The notes under the pieces are model-generated. The model saw nothing but the letters and a program-made list of their open reading frames with translations. It did not search any database and had not been told where the DNA came from. A stretch of DNA of 64,000 nucleotides from Malacoraja senta (lineage: Eukaryota), in assembly GCA_038087875.1 (NCBI GenBank), contig CM075987.1, positions 27,468,001-27,532,000 of the forward strand, given 5' to 3'. Below are positions 11,790 through 25,984 of the stretch, piece by piece (positions within the stretch are counted from its first letter, which is position 1; every line of letters begins with the position of its first letter). The translations under genes were made by a program, and so were the position numbers.

Positions 11790-11907
11790 TAGGAAGGAAC
11801 TACAGGTGCTGGTTTAAACCAAAGATAGACACAAAAAGCTGGAGTAGCTCAGCAGCATCTGTGGAGAGAAGGAATGGGTGACATTTCGGGTCGAGACCCT
11901 TCTTCAG
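11790..11907 (-). mobile_element. Short Penelope/hammerhead insertion, 9-bp TSD
   Basis: actttggtg at 11781-11789 and 11908-11916; minus strand CTGAAGAAGGGTCTCGACCCGAAATGTC. Confidence 0.8.
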
Positions 11908-12830
11908 ACTTTGGTGGCTGTTTGCAGCTGGACATTTTTCATTTGCTATCACACAGATATAAAAGGGTCAGACTTCTGAAGCTGAACGCTTGCCAAGGCT
12001 GTAGACCACAGCACAGACACTTGCTGCAGCTTGGATCACTGCTCAATTCCCTGGTCACAGGGAGAATGTACAAACTTCATACACACAGCACCCGTAGTTA
12101 GGATCGAACCCTGGTCTCTGGCGCAGTTAGGCAGCAACTCTACCGCTGCACCACTGCCCCATCCTAAATAGGTGGAACAGGTTGAGTCTAGTATCCAGTC
12201 TGAAGAAAAGTCTCAACCTGTAACTTCACCTATTCCGTTTCTCCAGAGATGCTGCCTGAGTTACTCAAGCATTTTGTGTCTATCTTCGGTGTAAACCAGC
12301 ATCTGCAGTTCCCTATTACACGCTAGTATGCAGACAGATACCCAGAGCTTTCTACTAAAGGGTGAAACAACATTAATATGCTTCTGAATAATAGTAGCAA
12401 TGTGCCAAAGGTAGAGTGAAATATGAGCAGCTGCCTCAAGCTTCAAGGTTAAAAATATCCCAGTTAATAACATTTATGATAATGAAATTAGTGATGAGGC
12501 CGCTGTTGTACATGGGCCCTGACCTACTCATGTTAGTGCTCCTGACAGAACTATGCGCTGTTGAAGGGATTACTATGAATTCATAAGAAGAGACTGCAAT
12601 TGCTGGAGTCTGCAGCAAAAAAGCAAACTGCTGGAGGAACTCAGCAGGTCAAGCAGCATCTGTAGCGGGCGGGAAAGGGAGGAATTGTTGACGTTTTGCA
12701 AGGTTCCACTTAGACGCTTAATATCACTTGTGGGAAGCCAGGTCTCCAGTAGATATGGCAGAGAGTGACGGCAATGACTCCACTGCATGCAGCAGTCTTA
12801 TTCATGTTCACATGTCATAGGAGCAGAATT

Positions 12831-13350
12831 AGAGTCATAGAGTGATACAGCGTATAAACAGGCCCTTTGGACCCAACTTGCCCACACTGGCCAACATGTC
12901 CCAGCTACACTAGTCCAATCTACCCGCATTTGGTCCATAGCCCTCTAAACCTGTCCTATCCATGTACCTGTCTAATTGTTTCTTAAATGTTGGGATAGTT
13001 CCAGCCTCAACTACCTCCTCTGGCAGCTCGTTCCATACACCCACCACCCTTTGTGTGAACTAGTTACCCCTCAGATTCCTATTAAATCTTTTCCCCTTCA
13101 CTTTAACCTATATCCTCTGGTCCTCGATTCACCCACTCCTGGGCAAGAGACTCTGTGCATCTACCTGATCTATTCCTCTCATGATTTTATACACCTTTAT
13201 AAGATCACCCCTCATTCTCCTGTGCTCCAAGGAATAGAGACCCAGCCTACTCAACCTCTCCCTGTACATAGCTCAGACCCTCGAGCCCTGGCAACATCTA
13301 TTCCTTCTCTGTACCCTTTCCAGCTTAACTACATCCTTTCTGTAACATGG
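12831..13350 (-). mobile_element. CR1/HER1-type LINE 3' end (actctatgactct tail)
   Basis: Homologous to 10132-10587, 11207-11465, 18581-18865, 23328-23620 and 58460-59108. Confidence 0.85.
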
Positions 13351-13949
13351 TCATTTTAGGCCATTTAGTCCATTGAGGCTACTCCACCATTCCAATCATG
13401 GCTGATCTATCTCTCCTCTCAACACATTCTCCTGTCTTCAACCCATAACCTTTGACATCCTTAATAATCAAGTACTTGTTAATCACCACTTTAAAAATAC
13501 CCAATGACTGGACCCCCACAACTAACTGTGACAATGAATTCCACTCGCTGATGAAAGAAATTCTTTCTCATCTCCGTTCTAAAGGTACATCTTTTTATTC
13601 TGACGCTGTACCTTCTGTAAAATTGCCCCATGTGTACACAACGTGGATGGGAAAGTTAAATAACATGGAAACAAAGAACAGCAGATGCTGGGTTGATATA
13701 CAAAAGAGACAAAGTGTTGGAGTATCTCAGTGGGTCACAGGATCGCTGAAGAACATGGATAGGTGACGTTTCGGGTCAGTACTCTTTTCATTCAGTCTGC
13801 AGAAGGGTTCAGACCCGTAACATTGCTTATCCATGTTCTCCAGAGATGCTGCCTGACCCACTGAGCATCACAGGCATATAAACTCAGATAATACATGAAG
13901 ACATAATTATACATATATTATGCATACCGGGATCACTGGTCAGCATGGA

Positions 13950-14245
13950 CTCAGATTCCAGATTCAGCAACAGTTTCATCCCAGCTGTTATCAGGCAACT
14001 GAACCATCCTACCACAACCAGAGAGCAGTCTTGAACTACCATCCACCTCATTGGTGACCCTCGGACTATCCTTGATCGGACTTTGCTGGCTTTACCTTGC
14101 ACTAAACGTTATTCCCTTATCATGTATCTGTACACTGTGAATGGCTCGACTATAATCATGTATAGTCTTTCTGCCGACTGGTTAGCACGCAATAAAAGCT
14201 TTTCACTGTACCTCGGTACCAATGACAATAAACTAAACTGAACTC
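13950..14245 (+). mobile_element. Rex1/Babar 3' UTR fragment
   Basis: SRFSNSF.PAVIRQLNHP end plus UTR with gtacctcggtacc hairpin. Confidence 0.8.
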
Positions 14246-16182
14246 AGCAGGCCGCAAGACCTACTTCTGCACTGTACCTTTAAACTAAACGACACACAAA
14301 TTAAAGGACAAATTAAAGAATTCAATGATGTTCTTTTAGGAAGGAAATGAAGAGAAATTTCTTTAGTTAGAGGGTGGCGAATTTGTACAATTTATTGCCA
14401 CAGAAGGCAGTGGACGGCAAGTTAATGGATATTTTTAAGGCATGGATAGATAGATTATTGATTAGTACGGGTGTCAGGGGTTATGGGGAGAAGGCAGGAG
14501 AATGGGGTTATGAGGGAGAGATAGATCAGCCATGATTGAATGGCTGAGTAGACTTGATGAGCCGAATGAAGCAGTGAAAAGAACTATGCAAAAAAAAACA
14601 AGGCATTAATGCAAAAAGGCAATTAGAAAACAAGTCCATGGCAGTGCAAGAGATGGTCGGTAGTGTTTCATTACCAAGGAAGGATTAGCTTGTAGAGGTC
14701 TCAGCCATGCTTGCACATTAGCACGTATTACACAGCTCTTGGCAGTGCACTGAAAGCATTGCTACACACAGGTCTTCAGAGGATTTCACATCTCCGACAT
14801 TGAATCAGAACAGAATAATTCTTCCTGACGTTCTGCCAACATTCATCCTTCAATCAACACCTCTGAACCAGGTAATCAGGTCATTACATGTTATTTATAA
14901 CACAAATCAGTCACCGCATTACTTCACCGACTCAACTTGAAAACCTTTCCATTGGCTGCGAAAGGTTTAAATCTTCCCAATTATTGCTTGGGGAGAGAGA
15001 CGAGAGACTGAGGGTCACAGGGAGGGAGAAAGAAGATGGGGGGGGGGGTAGACTGGACGGGGGGAGCCGGGAGGGGAGCCGGGGGGGGGAGTGGGTGGGG
15101 AAGGAGAGAGGCTTTTATTAAAATCCTGATAAACAAGAGTACAAGGCTCAACATGGAAAAAGTGTAAGACTGAGCAGAGAGATAAGCATCAGCATTTAAA
15201 TAGGGAACTCATAGGGTAACAAGTGATAATGACATACAGGTTTAGTTTGGTTTAGTGTAGAGATACAGCACGGAAACAGGCCCTTGGTCAGCCTGAAAAA
15301 GGGTCTCGACCTGAAACGTCACCCATTCCTTCTCTGCAGTGATGCTGCCTGTCCTGCTGAGTTACTCCAGCGTTTTGTGTCTGTCTCTAGTGAGGACAAC
15401 CTGAACTAAAGAGCAGAAGGTGAAAGTACATCCCCGGTGACATGTTGAAGTGAACTCAATGAGTCCGTCACCCTGCTCATTCATTACCAGCAACTGAGGG
15501 ATTCGACATCATATTTTCTGCAGTGTAATGTATTCTAGCAAATTTAAAAGGTGCTGGAGTGATTGATGACTGAAATGCTAACAAGAAAGACATTGTTTCT
15601 GCCTCTCTATAGCCTGTGGATAATGAGCAAAATGTCTCTGACTACTTTTGATCATGAGCTAAAGTAGTGGAAATGTCGCAGCATTCAGTCTGGTCTGGTG
15701 AAAGGTGGTAAAGGAAGTTGCAAAGCTGGAAGCTGTTGGAGATTATTTTGCCTAAAGTCAACCAAGGATAACAACTGGTCAGGTGAAGTGCAGTTTGAAG
15801 AAAAATGCCCTGGAGATTAATACAGAGAATATTCAACAAATTAGACAACATTTATGGAGACAGAAATAAGTTCATGTGATAGGAGCAGAATAAGGCCATT
15901 CGGTCCATCAAGTCTACTCCGCTTTTCAATCATGGCTGATCTATCCTAACCCCATTCTCCTGCCTTCTCCACACAACCCCTGACACCCGTACTAATCAAG
16001 AATCTATCGATCTGTGCCTTAAAAATCCCCATTGACTTGGCCTCCACAGTTCTGTGACAAAGAATTCCACAGATTAACCACCCTCTGACTAAAGAAATTC
16101 CTCCTCATCTCCTTCCTAAAGGAATGTTGTTTAATTCTGGGGCTATGACCTAGAGTGGTATTTCATCAGTAGCAGCGAGAGC

Positions 16183-16500
16183 TTTAGTTTAGTTTAGAGA
16201 TACAGCGCAGAAACAGGTACTTCGGTCAACAGTCCAGTGATTCCCACACACTAACACTACCTTACACACACTAGAGACAATTTACAATTTTACCAACCCA
16301 ATAAGCCTATAAACCTGTACGTCTTTGGAGTGTGGGATGAAACCAAAGATCTCAGAGAGAACCAAAGATCTCGGAGAAAACCCACGCAGGTCACGGGAAG
16401 AGCATACAAACTCCATGCAGACAGCACCCGTAGTCAGGATCAAACCCGGGCCTTTGGCGCTGTAAGGTAGCAACTCTACCGCTGCGCCACTGTGCCGCCC
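16183..16500 (-). mobile_element. HE1-type SINE
   Basis: Full-length; small internal tandem duplication (gaaaccaaagatctc). Confidence 0.9.
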
Positions 16501-16709
16501 AGTTTGAGCCAGGTTTCAAGATACAAAAAAGCAGAGAAGGAAGGAAACAAATGAGAATGTCTGTGTTACAGGAAACACAGGAGAAGGCAGGAACACGGAG
16601 AAGGCAGGAACGGGGTACTGATTGGGGATGATCAGCCATGATCACATTGAATGGCGGTGCTGGCTCGAAGGGCCGAATGGCCTACTCCTGCACCTATTGT
16701 CTATTGTCT

Positions 16710-17803
16710 AAAATTGGTTGGCAGACAGGAAGCAAAGAGTAGGAGTGAACGGGTCCTTTTCAGAATGGCAGGCAGTGGCGAGTGGAGTGCCGCAAGGCTT
16801 GGTGTTGGGGCCGCAACTGTTTACCATATATATTAATGATTTGGAAGGGGGAATTAAGAGCAACTCTAGCAAGTTTGCGGATGACACAATGCTGGGTGGC
16901 AGTGTGAACTGTGAAGAGGATGTTAGGAGGTTGCAGGGTGACCTGGACAGGTTGAGTGAGTGGGCAGATGCATGGCAGATGCAGTATAATATAGATAAAT
17001 GTGAGGTTATCCACTTTGGCGGCAAAAACAAGGGGGCAGATTATTATCTCAATGGGGTTAAGTTAGGTAAGGGGGAGGTGCAGCGAGACCTGGGCATCCT
17101 TGTACACCAGTCACTGAAAGTTGGCGTGCAGGTACAGCAGGCAGTGAAGAAAGCTAATGGAATGTTGGCCTTCATAACAAGAGGATTTCAGTATAGGAGT
17201 AAAGAGGTTCTTCGGCAGTTGTATAGGGCTCTGGTAAGACCACATCTGGAGTATTGTGTACAGTTTTGGTCTCTAATTTGAGGAAGGACATCCTTGTGAT
17301 TGAGGCAGTGCAGCATAGGTTCACGAGATTGATCCCTGGGATGGCAGGACTGTCATATGAGGAAAGATTGAAAAGACTAGGCTTGTATTCACTGGAGTTT
17401 AGAAGGATGAGGGGGATCTTATAGAAACATATAAAATTATAAAAGGACTGGACAAGCTAGATGCAGAAAAAATGTTCCCAATGTTGGGCGAGTCCAGAAC
17501 CAGGGGCCACAGTCTTAGAATAAAGGGGAGGTCATTTAAGACTGAGGTGAGAAAAAACGTTTTCACCCAGAGAGTTGTGAATTTGTGGAATATCCTGCCA
17601 CAGAGGGCAGTGGAGGCCAAATCACTGGATGGATTTAAGAGAGAGTTAGATAGAGTTCTAGGGGCTAGTGGAATCAAGGGATATGGGGAGAAGGCAGGCA
17701 CGGGTTATTGATTGGGGACGATCAGTCATGATCACAATGAATGGCGGTGCTGGCTCGAAGGGCCGAATGGCCTCCTCCTGCACCTATTTTCTATGTTTCT
17801 ATG
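16710..17803 (+). mobile_element. CR1-clade (HER1-like) LINE, 5'-truncated, RT domain to 3' tail
   Basis: ORF 16718-17281: QRVGVNGSFSEW..V.SGVPQG.VLGPQLF..YINDL...SKFADDT...LVRPHLEYCVQFWS; frameshifted continuation to ...GIKGYGEKAGTGY*; ctatgtttctatgt tail. Confidence 0.95.
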
Positions 17804-19084
17804 TTACGCTAGAATATATCCCTTGATTCTGTTAGCCCTAGGAGCTATAACTCTCTCTCAAATACATCCAGTGAATTGGCCTCCACTGCCTTCTGTGGCA
17901 GAGAATTCCACAGATTCACAACTCTCTGGGTGAAAAAGTATTTCCTCATCTCAGTCCTAAATGGCCTACCCCTTATTCTTAAACTGTGACCCCTGGCTAA
18001 GGGGAGGAGAATGGGGTTGAGAGGGAAAGATAGATCAACCCTGATTGAATGGCGGAGTAGACTTGATGGGCCGAATGGCCTAATTCTGCTCCTATCACTT
18101 ATGAAATAGTTACAGATCAACTTTCTTATTAAATCACCTTATTAAACAGATGAGGTACTCCGATGTTGTTATGTAAGAGTGAGGCAGGAGGCAGTGAAGT
18201 CTGGTGTGCATGTGTGCAGAGGCCCAGATTAAGCCAGGGCTGGCTGGTGCTGTGTGATCCCCACTCCTGCCCAGTCAGCTTGTGGTTGGCGCGTTACCTA
18301 ACACTTTCTAAGTGGCGCTGTACTCCAAGTGTTTATGATCACACTCCACTGCCCGCTGCACAATGCTGTCAGCACCGCAGAGCCAGCCCTTGAGAAGTTC
18401 TAAGACCAAGGCTCTGAAGCATTCGTGAAAATAAATGACCAGCCTGACATTTTGCCTCAAGATGAAATAACCTTGTTTGCAAATGGATTTACTCATGAAT
18501 TCCACAATGCCGCATGTCACATAACCAGAATAAGGAGGTAAGCAACATACAGCTCTCAACACGCTATTCTTAAATGAGTAGAGTCACAGAGTGATACAGT
18601 GTGGAAACAGGCCCTTCGGCCCAACATACCCACACCGGCCAACATGTCCCAGCTACACTAGTCCCACCTGCCCGCATTTGGTCCATATCCCTCCAAACCT
18701 GTCCTATCCATGCACCTAACAGAGGTACAACTGTTGCTTAAATGTTGGGATAGTCCCAGCCGCAACTACCCCCTCTGGCAGCTCGTTCCATACACCCACC
18801 ACCCTTTGCATGAAAAAGTGACCCCTCAGATTCCTATTAATTTGTTTCCCCTTCACCTTAAACTTACAAATCCACAGGACTAGGGTGAGTCAACAGGCCT
18901 GTCTCTTTATCAGTAGGTCTGTACAATTTTCAAATGACTGTACACTGAATAAAGAGTTGCCTGGACAAAGCCAGCCCATCGAAGCAGCAGCCATAGGAAA
19001 GGCACAGGATTTCTGTCTGATTTATGTGTCCGTTTTAGATATCCTTTGTTTTTCATGAAGGTTATTTAAAGCAATAAAGTTAAC

Positions 19085-19262
19085 ATGGCCGCATTGTTGC
19101 CTCAGGAGTCAAAAGTCTGTGGGTTGAAGATTTCTCCAGAGACACCAACACTTAATTTAGGCTAAAAGTCCAGCGTGGTATAAAGGAAGTATTGAACTGT
19201 TGGAGGTGACAATTTTCTGGTTGAAATATTAAACCCAGGCACAGTCAACTCTTTCAGCTGGG
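19085..19262 (+). mobile_element. Diverged DeuSINE/SacSINE1-like relic
   Basis: gcctcaggagtcaaaagtctgtgggttg...ccagagac...taggct...ccagcgtggta...ctgttggaggtg...ttaaacccagg resembles the shark DeuSINE head as recalled; related pieces elsewhere in the window. Confidence 0.45.
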
Positions 19263-19405
19263 TACCACTGATTACACGGAGCCTCTCATGTTTCAGCTGA
19301 ACTATAGGTGTACAATGGTGTTGGGTTGAATCTTAAAGTTTCATAACATGTGAAGGAGAAGATGGAAGGAGAAGTTCTCAGTGAAATGATGCTGTCAGGA
19401 CTTGG

Positions 19406-19766
19406 AAACATAGACACATAGACACATAGAAAAATAGGTACAGGAGTAGGCCATTCGGCCCTTCGAGCCAGCACCACCATTCAATATAATCATGGCTGAT
19501 CATCTAAAATCAGTACCCCGTTCCTGCTTTCTCCCCATACCCCAAGAGCTAAATCTAACATCCAGTGAATTGGCTTCACTGCCTTCTGTGGCAGAGAATT
19601 CCACAGATTCACAACTCTCTGGGTGAAGAAGTTTTTCCTCATCTCAGTCCTAAATGGCCTACCTCTTATTCTTAAACTGTGTGACCCCAGGTTCTGGACT
19701 CCCCCAACATCGGGAACATTTTTCCTGCATCTAGCCTGTCCAATCCTTTGAGAATTTTATATGTTT
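19406..19766 (-). mobile_element. CR1-clade LINE 3' end
   Basis: ETYKILKGLDRLDAGKMFPMLGESRT.GH. Confidence 0.85.
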
Positions 19767-21749
19767 CTTCTGGAGAGAATCTCTGGGAACCGAAGCACTC
19801 AGGTTTGTGCCCCTCAGGTAAAGAGAAGAGGGTAGTTCTGGAATCAGAGATCTCTGTGGGTGTGTGAGCACAGACCAAACACCTTGGGATGCTGACCAAG
19901 GAATTTTGGAAAATTTTAAAGAATGGCAATTGGAACTGGATGGTAGAATAAAACAGGGTCGGCAGGATGACGCAACGGTAGAGTTGCTGCCTCACAGCGC
20001 CAGAGACCTGGGTTTGATCCTGACTAAGGGTGCTGTCTGTACGGAGTTTGTACATTCTCCCCAATGACAGTGTGGGTTTTCTCCGCGTGCTCCAGAATCC
20101 TACCACACTCCAAAGATGTGCGGGTCGGCGTGGACTCAGTGGGCTGAATGACCTGTTTCCGTGCTGCATCTCTGAATAAAGTCCAACCAAATATTGGAAA
20201 CCAGAGCACCCGGAGAAAACCCACGTGGTCACAGGAAGAACGTACAAACTCTGTACAGACAGCACCTGTAGTCAGGTTCGAACTCGGGTCTCTGGCGCTG
20301 TAAGGCAGCAACTCTACCGCTGAGCCACCTAGGTGGGTAGGTTCTGCAGTAGTTTATCCATCCCTAACATTTCCACGCTTTTCTCTCTCCATAGATACCG
20401 CCTGATCTGTTGGGAATTTTCAGATTTACTCATTTGATTTCAGTTTCAGAAAGATCTCTGACCCACGCCTCACAGCTTTATCATGCCCGCCCGTTTGTAA
20501 TCACTATCTCCAACTTGCCTCATTAATCTGCTAGCTAGATGGCTGCATAAACATAGGGATCACTTTGGTATTCCTGGAATCACTGCAGCAGCCACTCTCT
20601 GTGCAACTTCAAACTAACTTCCAATTCAGAGGAGCTTCAACTTGAAACATTCACTCTGCTTCTCTTTACATTGCTGTGCCTGACCTACTGATTCCGGAAT
20701 TTTTGATGTCTCGTTTTCACTCCTTACCCTTCCATATCTCTGTGTCTCGATCTCCCCTGACTCGAGGGTCTCGACCCAAAACATCACCCATCCTTCTCTC
20801 CAGAGATGCTGCCTGTCCCGCTGAGTTACTCCAGCACTTTGTGTCTATCTTCAGTATTTTCTACTTTTATTTTAATCTCCAACAATCCTGTGTTGGAATG
20901 CCTTCGGATTCAACACTTTACTAACTTCTTTGAACCTTCCAGGCTGCAGACTGACATGGTTTACAGTTCATCACTCCTTCACCGACCCCATTCACCACAT
21001 TCACCGTTGACAACTCATTTGGGTTTTATCTTCAGTTCAGTTCAGTTCAGTTTAGTTTATTGTCACGTGTACCGGGGTACAGTGAAAAGCTGTTGTTGCG
21101 TGCTAACCAGTCAGCAGAAAGACAATACATGATTACAATCGAGCCATTCACAGTGTACAGATGATACATGATAAGGGAATAACGTTTAGTGCAAGGTTTA
21201 GCGAGCAAGGTCTCCAATCTTCTTCCAATGAAGAAGTTAATCTTCATAAACTAAACAATCAGGAATCACACGATGCTAATGCTTAATTTTCTATCTCAAA
21301 AACACTACTTACATTAATACCACTTAGTCACTGATCCATGATATCCTAGAAGGAACAGAAAACATGTTATATCTTTTGACAGCACAGTGCCTGGTGTTTG
21401 AAAATGAACATATTGTAACCCAGGTTCAAGTCTTAAAGTGTATTACAAAACAAGGCGAAAGGATGTTGTTTCCTAGATTTTAGATGTGTGAAAGATCTCT
21501 TAAAAATCATCACAGGTTCAGATGATTCATAGATGGATGGAAACAGGCTCCTTGGCCCAATTTGTCTGTGCCGACCAAGATGCCTACCGATGCTAATACC
21601 ATTTGCCTACTTTTGACCCATATCCCATATCCATGTTCCTGTTGAATGTCTTTTAAATGCTGTAATTGCTCCTGCCTCAACTACTTTCTCTGGCAACTCG
21701 TTTCCATATACCCATCACCCTCTGTGTGAAAAAATGACCTCTCAGGTCA

Positions 21750-22040
21750 TTTAGTTTAGGTTGGTTTAGTTTAGTTTAGAGATACAGCGTGGAAAAAGGC
21801 CCTTCGGCCCAGCGAGTCCGTGCCGACCAGCGATCACCCAAACACTAGTTCTATACTATGCACTAGGGACAATTTACAGAAGCCAATTAACCTACAAACC
21901 TGCACATCTTTGGAGTGTGGGAGGAAACCGGAGTAACTGGAGGAGAATGTACAAACTCTGTACAGATAGCACCCATAGTCAGGATTGAACCTGGGTCTCT
22001 GGAGCTGTAAGGCAGCAACTCTACCGCTGGGCCACTGTGC
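21750..22040 (-). mobile_element. HE1-type SINE
   Basis: Head, body and tail match other copies. Confidence 0.85.
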
Positions 22041-22044
22041 TGAA

Positions 22045-22500
22045 CAGGATGCTGTTAAACTGATCTCATCTGCCTTTACATGAACCATATCCCTCTATTC
22101 CCTGCACTTCCATGTGCCTATCCAAAAGCCTCTTAAATGCCACCATCGTATCTGCCTCCACCACCACTCCAGGCAATGTGTTCCAAGCCCACACCACTCT
22201 TTGCCCCACACATCTCCATTAAACTTCCTCCTCTAACCTTATAGCTATGCCCTCTAGTGTTGCACACTTCCACCCTGGGAGAAAGGTTCTGACTGACTAC
22301 CCTATAGAAGCCACTCATAATTTTAAATACTTTTCTCAAGTCTTTACTCAACCTCTGGCATTCCATAGAAAACAATCCCAGTCTGTCCATCCTCGTCCTG
22401 TAGCTGAAACCCTCTAATTCAGGCAACATTCTGGTAAATCTCCTCTGCACCTTCTCCAAAGCCTCTACATCTTTCCTGCAATGGAGCGACCAGGACTGCC
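22045..22500 (-). mobile_element. Older CR1-clade LINE 3' fragment
   Basis: ORF 22133-22459: EKVQRRFTRMLPELEGFSY..R.DRLGLFS. Confidence 0.8.
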
Positions 22501-23107
22501 CGCTTCCGAATTCCCAGCTGTTACACGACTACTTTGGGTACCAGTCTCCTTCAGGAATAGAATAACTTGATTCTACTCCTGAATAACTCGAATAAATCCT
22601 CCCACCAAGATTTTCCTCCCAATGCGGATGCCACCCAGGTCACTTCTGCCCCAGATGTGATCTCAATGGTTCAGGAAACTGAATCAGATGCTAAAGACTG
22701 AAATGTTTTTAACATTAATCCATTTTTTGTAAATAGTGTTTCCAAAATATGTGCTCACATTCACATGGATTGCTTACTGTTAATAAACTGGAATAAATAT
22801 CAGCCTTGCCATAACGAAAATCATTAATAATTCAGTCTCTGGATTTTTTCAAAGTCTTTTGGGAGAAACAAATGATTTTTTAAGATTCTCTCAGGATAAG
22901 CTAACACTGAAATAAACCCAATAAAACATGGAGAATGGAGAGAAACAAGCAATCCAACTTTAATAGCCCACTAACACCTCCACTATTTATTGCACTTAAC
23001 ACAAAAGTATTTTTTAATTAAACTTTTGAGATGGACTGGTCTGCTTCACTCTCTACTTTATCTCAAAGAAGCGAGATCGTGCATTCATATAACTCCTGCG
23101 ACATATC

Positions 23108-23291
23108 TGTGCAGGAAGGAACTGCAGATGCTGGTTTACACCGAAGATAGACACAAAGTGCTGGAGTAACTCAGCAGGACAGGCAGTATCTCTGGAGAGA
23201 AGGAATGGGTGACGTTTCGGGTCGAGACCCTTCTTCTGTCTGAAATCTGAAGAAGGGTCTCGACCCATGACGTCACCCATTCCTTCTCTCT
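23108..23291. mobile_element. Penelope/hammerhead head-to-head inverted pair
   Basis: Two opposed gaagaagggtctcgaccc cores about 10 nt apart. Confidence 0.8.
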
Positions 23292-24037
23292 ATCCTAATA
23301 TATATCTGAAGTATTTCACAGTAAGGTTTAGGTCATAGGCTCAAGGTGAAGGGGAACAGATTTAATAGGAATCCGAGGAGGTAACTTTTTCACACAGAGG
23401 GTGGTGGGTGTGTGGAACGAGCTGCCAGAGGAGGTAGTTGAGGCTGGGACCATCCCAACGTTTAAGAAACAGTTAAACAGGTACATGGATAGGACAGGTT
23501 TGGAGGGATATGGACCAAACGCGGGTAGGTGGGACTAGAGTAGCTGGGACATGTTGGCTGGTGTGGGCAAGTTGGGCTGAAGGACCTGTTTCCACGCTGT
23601 ATCATTCTATGACTCTATGAGTAATAGATAGGCATTGAGAAAGGTCAGTGAGGTAAATAGAGGGGGCAACAGGGAGAAGTTCCTACTTTGTCCTTCTGTA
23701 CGTAGGACTATTCATGACAGAACGCCCTTTTATAAGATAAATTCAAGAATAATGAAACGTCGTCCAAACATCCTGACTTTGAGTATATAAATGTTATTAA
23801 TACAAAATCGTGCTGTAGTCTCTCAGCCCAAACAGAGGTGTAAATCTTCCTTCTTCACGACTACAATTAATGCAAACACATTCACCAGGAATGTTCACTC
23901 TCAGTATACAAAAGAAAATGACATGCTCTTATGTTATCCATTCCCTCCCATTCTGGTTTGATTTCATTTGACGTACATAGACCACCTAATAGGCCAAGGA
24001 CCTTCTCTCTCAAACTTCCACCTGGTTTTATTCCGCC

Positions 24038-24300
24038 TAAGGTTCCCAACCTGGGGTATATTTACCCAAAGGGGGTAAATGTTGCCTACCTAGGGGGTAC
24101 ATTTACCCACAGGGGGTACCTAGGGGGTAAATTTGATGATTCTGTATTTGTACATATTTCTTCTCGTTGACTGACTGTGTTTGGTTCCGGTATACCGGTA
24201 TACGTTCATCATTAGTTGTTCATAAATAAGTGAAATAACATTGTAATGTGCTATTAAAGTTGCCAGGAGTAAACGGGACAAAAAAGGTTGGAAACCCCTG
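24038..24300. mobile_element. hAT/Charlie-like MITE
   Basis: Terminal inverted repeats ggttcccaacct (24041-24052) and aggttggaaacccctg (24285-24300); repeated subterminal GGGGTA(a/c)ATTTACCC motifs; no coding capacity. Confidence 0.7.
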
Positions 24301-24809
24301 TCCTATGCAGTCTGACTGACACGTTAAACGTTTTATTTCCAAAACACAGCCAGCGATTCTTTGAAGCTACTTGGGAAATTAGCGTCCCACATGATTTTTC
24401 CTGCTGCATGGGAAAGCCTTCATTAATTTCCTACGTACTGGCCAGCTGAGGTCAAGAAGCCAGCAGCTGGTGAGCAAGGAAGGGAAGGGAGGTGGAGGGA
24501 GGGCTGACACTGCGAGTAGTTCTCAAACATCATTGATATTACAGCGGGCCAGAAATACCAGATCATCCACACACAGCGCAGTGTAGCAAAGGCTCCAATG
24601 AGCAGTGGCTTGCTCTTGTGTTACTATTAGTAACAAAAGGACAGTGAAATAAAGCTTACTTGGTCAAGTTGGGAGTGCTGAAACGTGGCCTGCAATCTTA
24701 CTTTGGTCCGTAACTCACTTAGTTGCGGCATAGCAGAGTTTGTGCCTCACCGCTCCAGTGATCTGGCTTCAGTCTTTACTTTGGGTGCTGTCCGTGTGAA
24801 GTTCACATG

Positions 24810-25095
24810 TTTAAGAATAAGAGGTAGGTCATTTAGGAATGAGATGAGGAAAAGCATTTTCATCCAGAGAGTTGTGAATCTGTGGAATTCTCTGCCACAG
24901 AAGGCAGTGGAAGCCATTTCGCTGGATGTTTTCAAGAGAGAGTTAGATTTAGCTCTTGGGGCTAATGGAATCAGGGGATATGGGGAAATAGCAAGAACGG
25001 GGTACTGATTGTGGATGATCAGCCATGATCATATTGAATGGCGGTGCTGGCTCGAAGGGTTGAATGGCCTACTCCTGCACCTATTTTCTATGTTT
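24810..25095 (+). mobile_element. CR1-clade LINE 3' end
   Basis: LRIRGRSFRNEMRK..F.QRVVNLWNSLPQKAVEA...GIRGYGE. Confidence 0.85.
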
Positions 25096-25984
25096 ACCCA
25101 GTGACTGCATCGACTTCCCATGGATGCTCCAGTTTCCTCCCTCGTGCCAAAGGCGTGCAGGTTGGAAGGTTAGTTGGTCAATGTAACTTGACTCTAGTTT
25201 AGTTCAGTTTAGGTTAGTTTGGAGCTACTGGGTGGGAACAGCCCTTCGGCCCACCAAGTCTGCACTGACCAACAATCATCCATACACTAGTTCTAGTCCT
25301 ACACACTGGGGACAATTTACTGAAACCAATTAATCTACAAACCTACAGGTTAATGTGCGAGGAAACCGGAGCACCTGGAGAAAATCCGTACGGTCACAGG
25401 GAGAACGTACAAACTCCGTACAGACAGTACCCGTAGTCAGGATCGAACCCGGGTCAGCATGGGCCAAAGGGCCTGTTTCCGTGCTGTATGACTATATTGA
25501 TCAACTGGGAAAATGGGCAAAGGAATGGCGGTGGAATTTAACAAGTGAAGAGTGAAGCATTATTGGGAAGTTACATCAGGCCAGGACATACACAGTAAAT
25601 GGCAGGGAGTTGAACAGGGAGATATTGAGGGGGTCTGAAGGAGGGTGTTGACCTGAAACGTCACCCATTCCTTCTCTCCAGAGATGTTACCTGACCCGCT
25701 GTGTTACTCCAGCTTTTTGTGTCTATCTTGGGGTACAATTACATGGTTCCCTGAAAGTGGTGACACAGCAAGACAGGGTGTTGATGAAGTTGTATGGTGT
25801 GCTTGCCTGGTCGCCGCGGGCCGAAGGGCCTGTTTCCGCGCTGTATCTCTAAACTGAACTAAAAGTAAAAACTAATGTCCAAAGCATGTTTCTTCAACAT
25901 TCCCCGCAATCAGTTTGCTTCGGAAAAGGAATAATCTTTTAGGGGTTTCGAGGTCATTTCAAGCAGACATTGGAATGTGTTTTC

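Noticed and set aside
12491..12545. C/D-box snoRNA (GTGATGA...CTGA...CTGA)
   Set aside because: Only about 55 nt, no convincing terminal stem and no recognised rRNA/snRNA guide
18298..18415. Minus-strand exon (cttcag|...|gtaacg)
   Set aside because: All three frames contain stop codons before the donor
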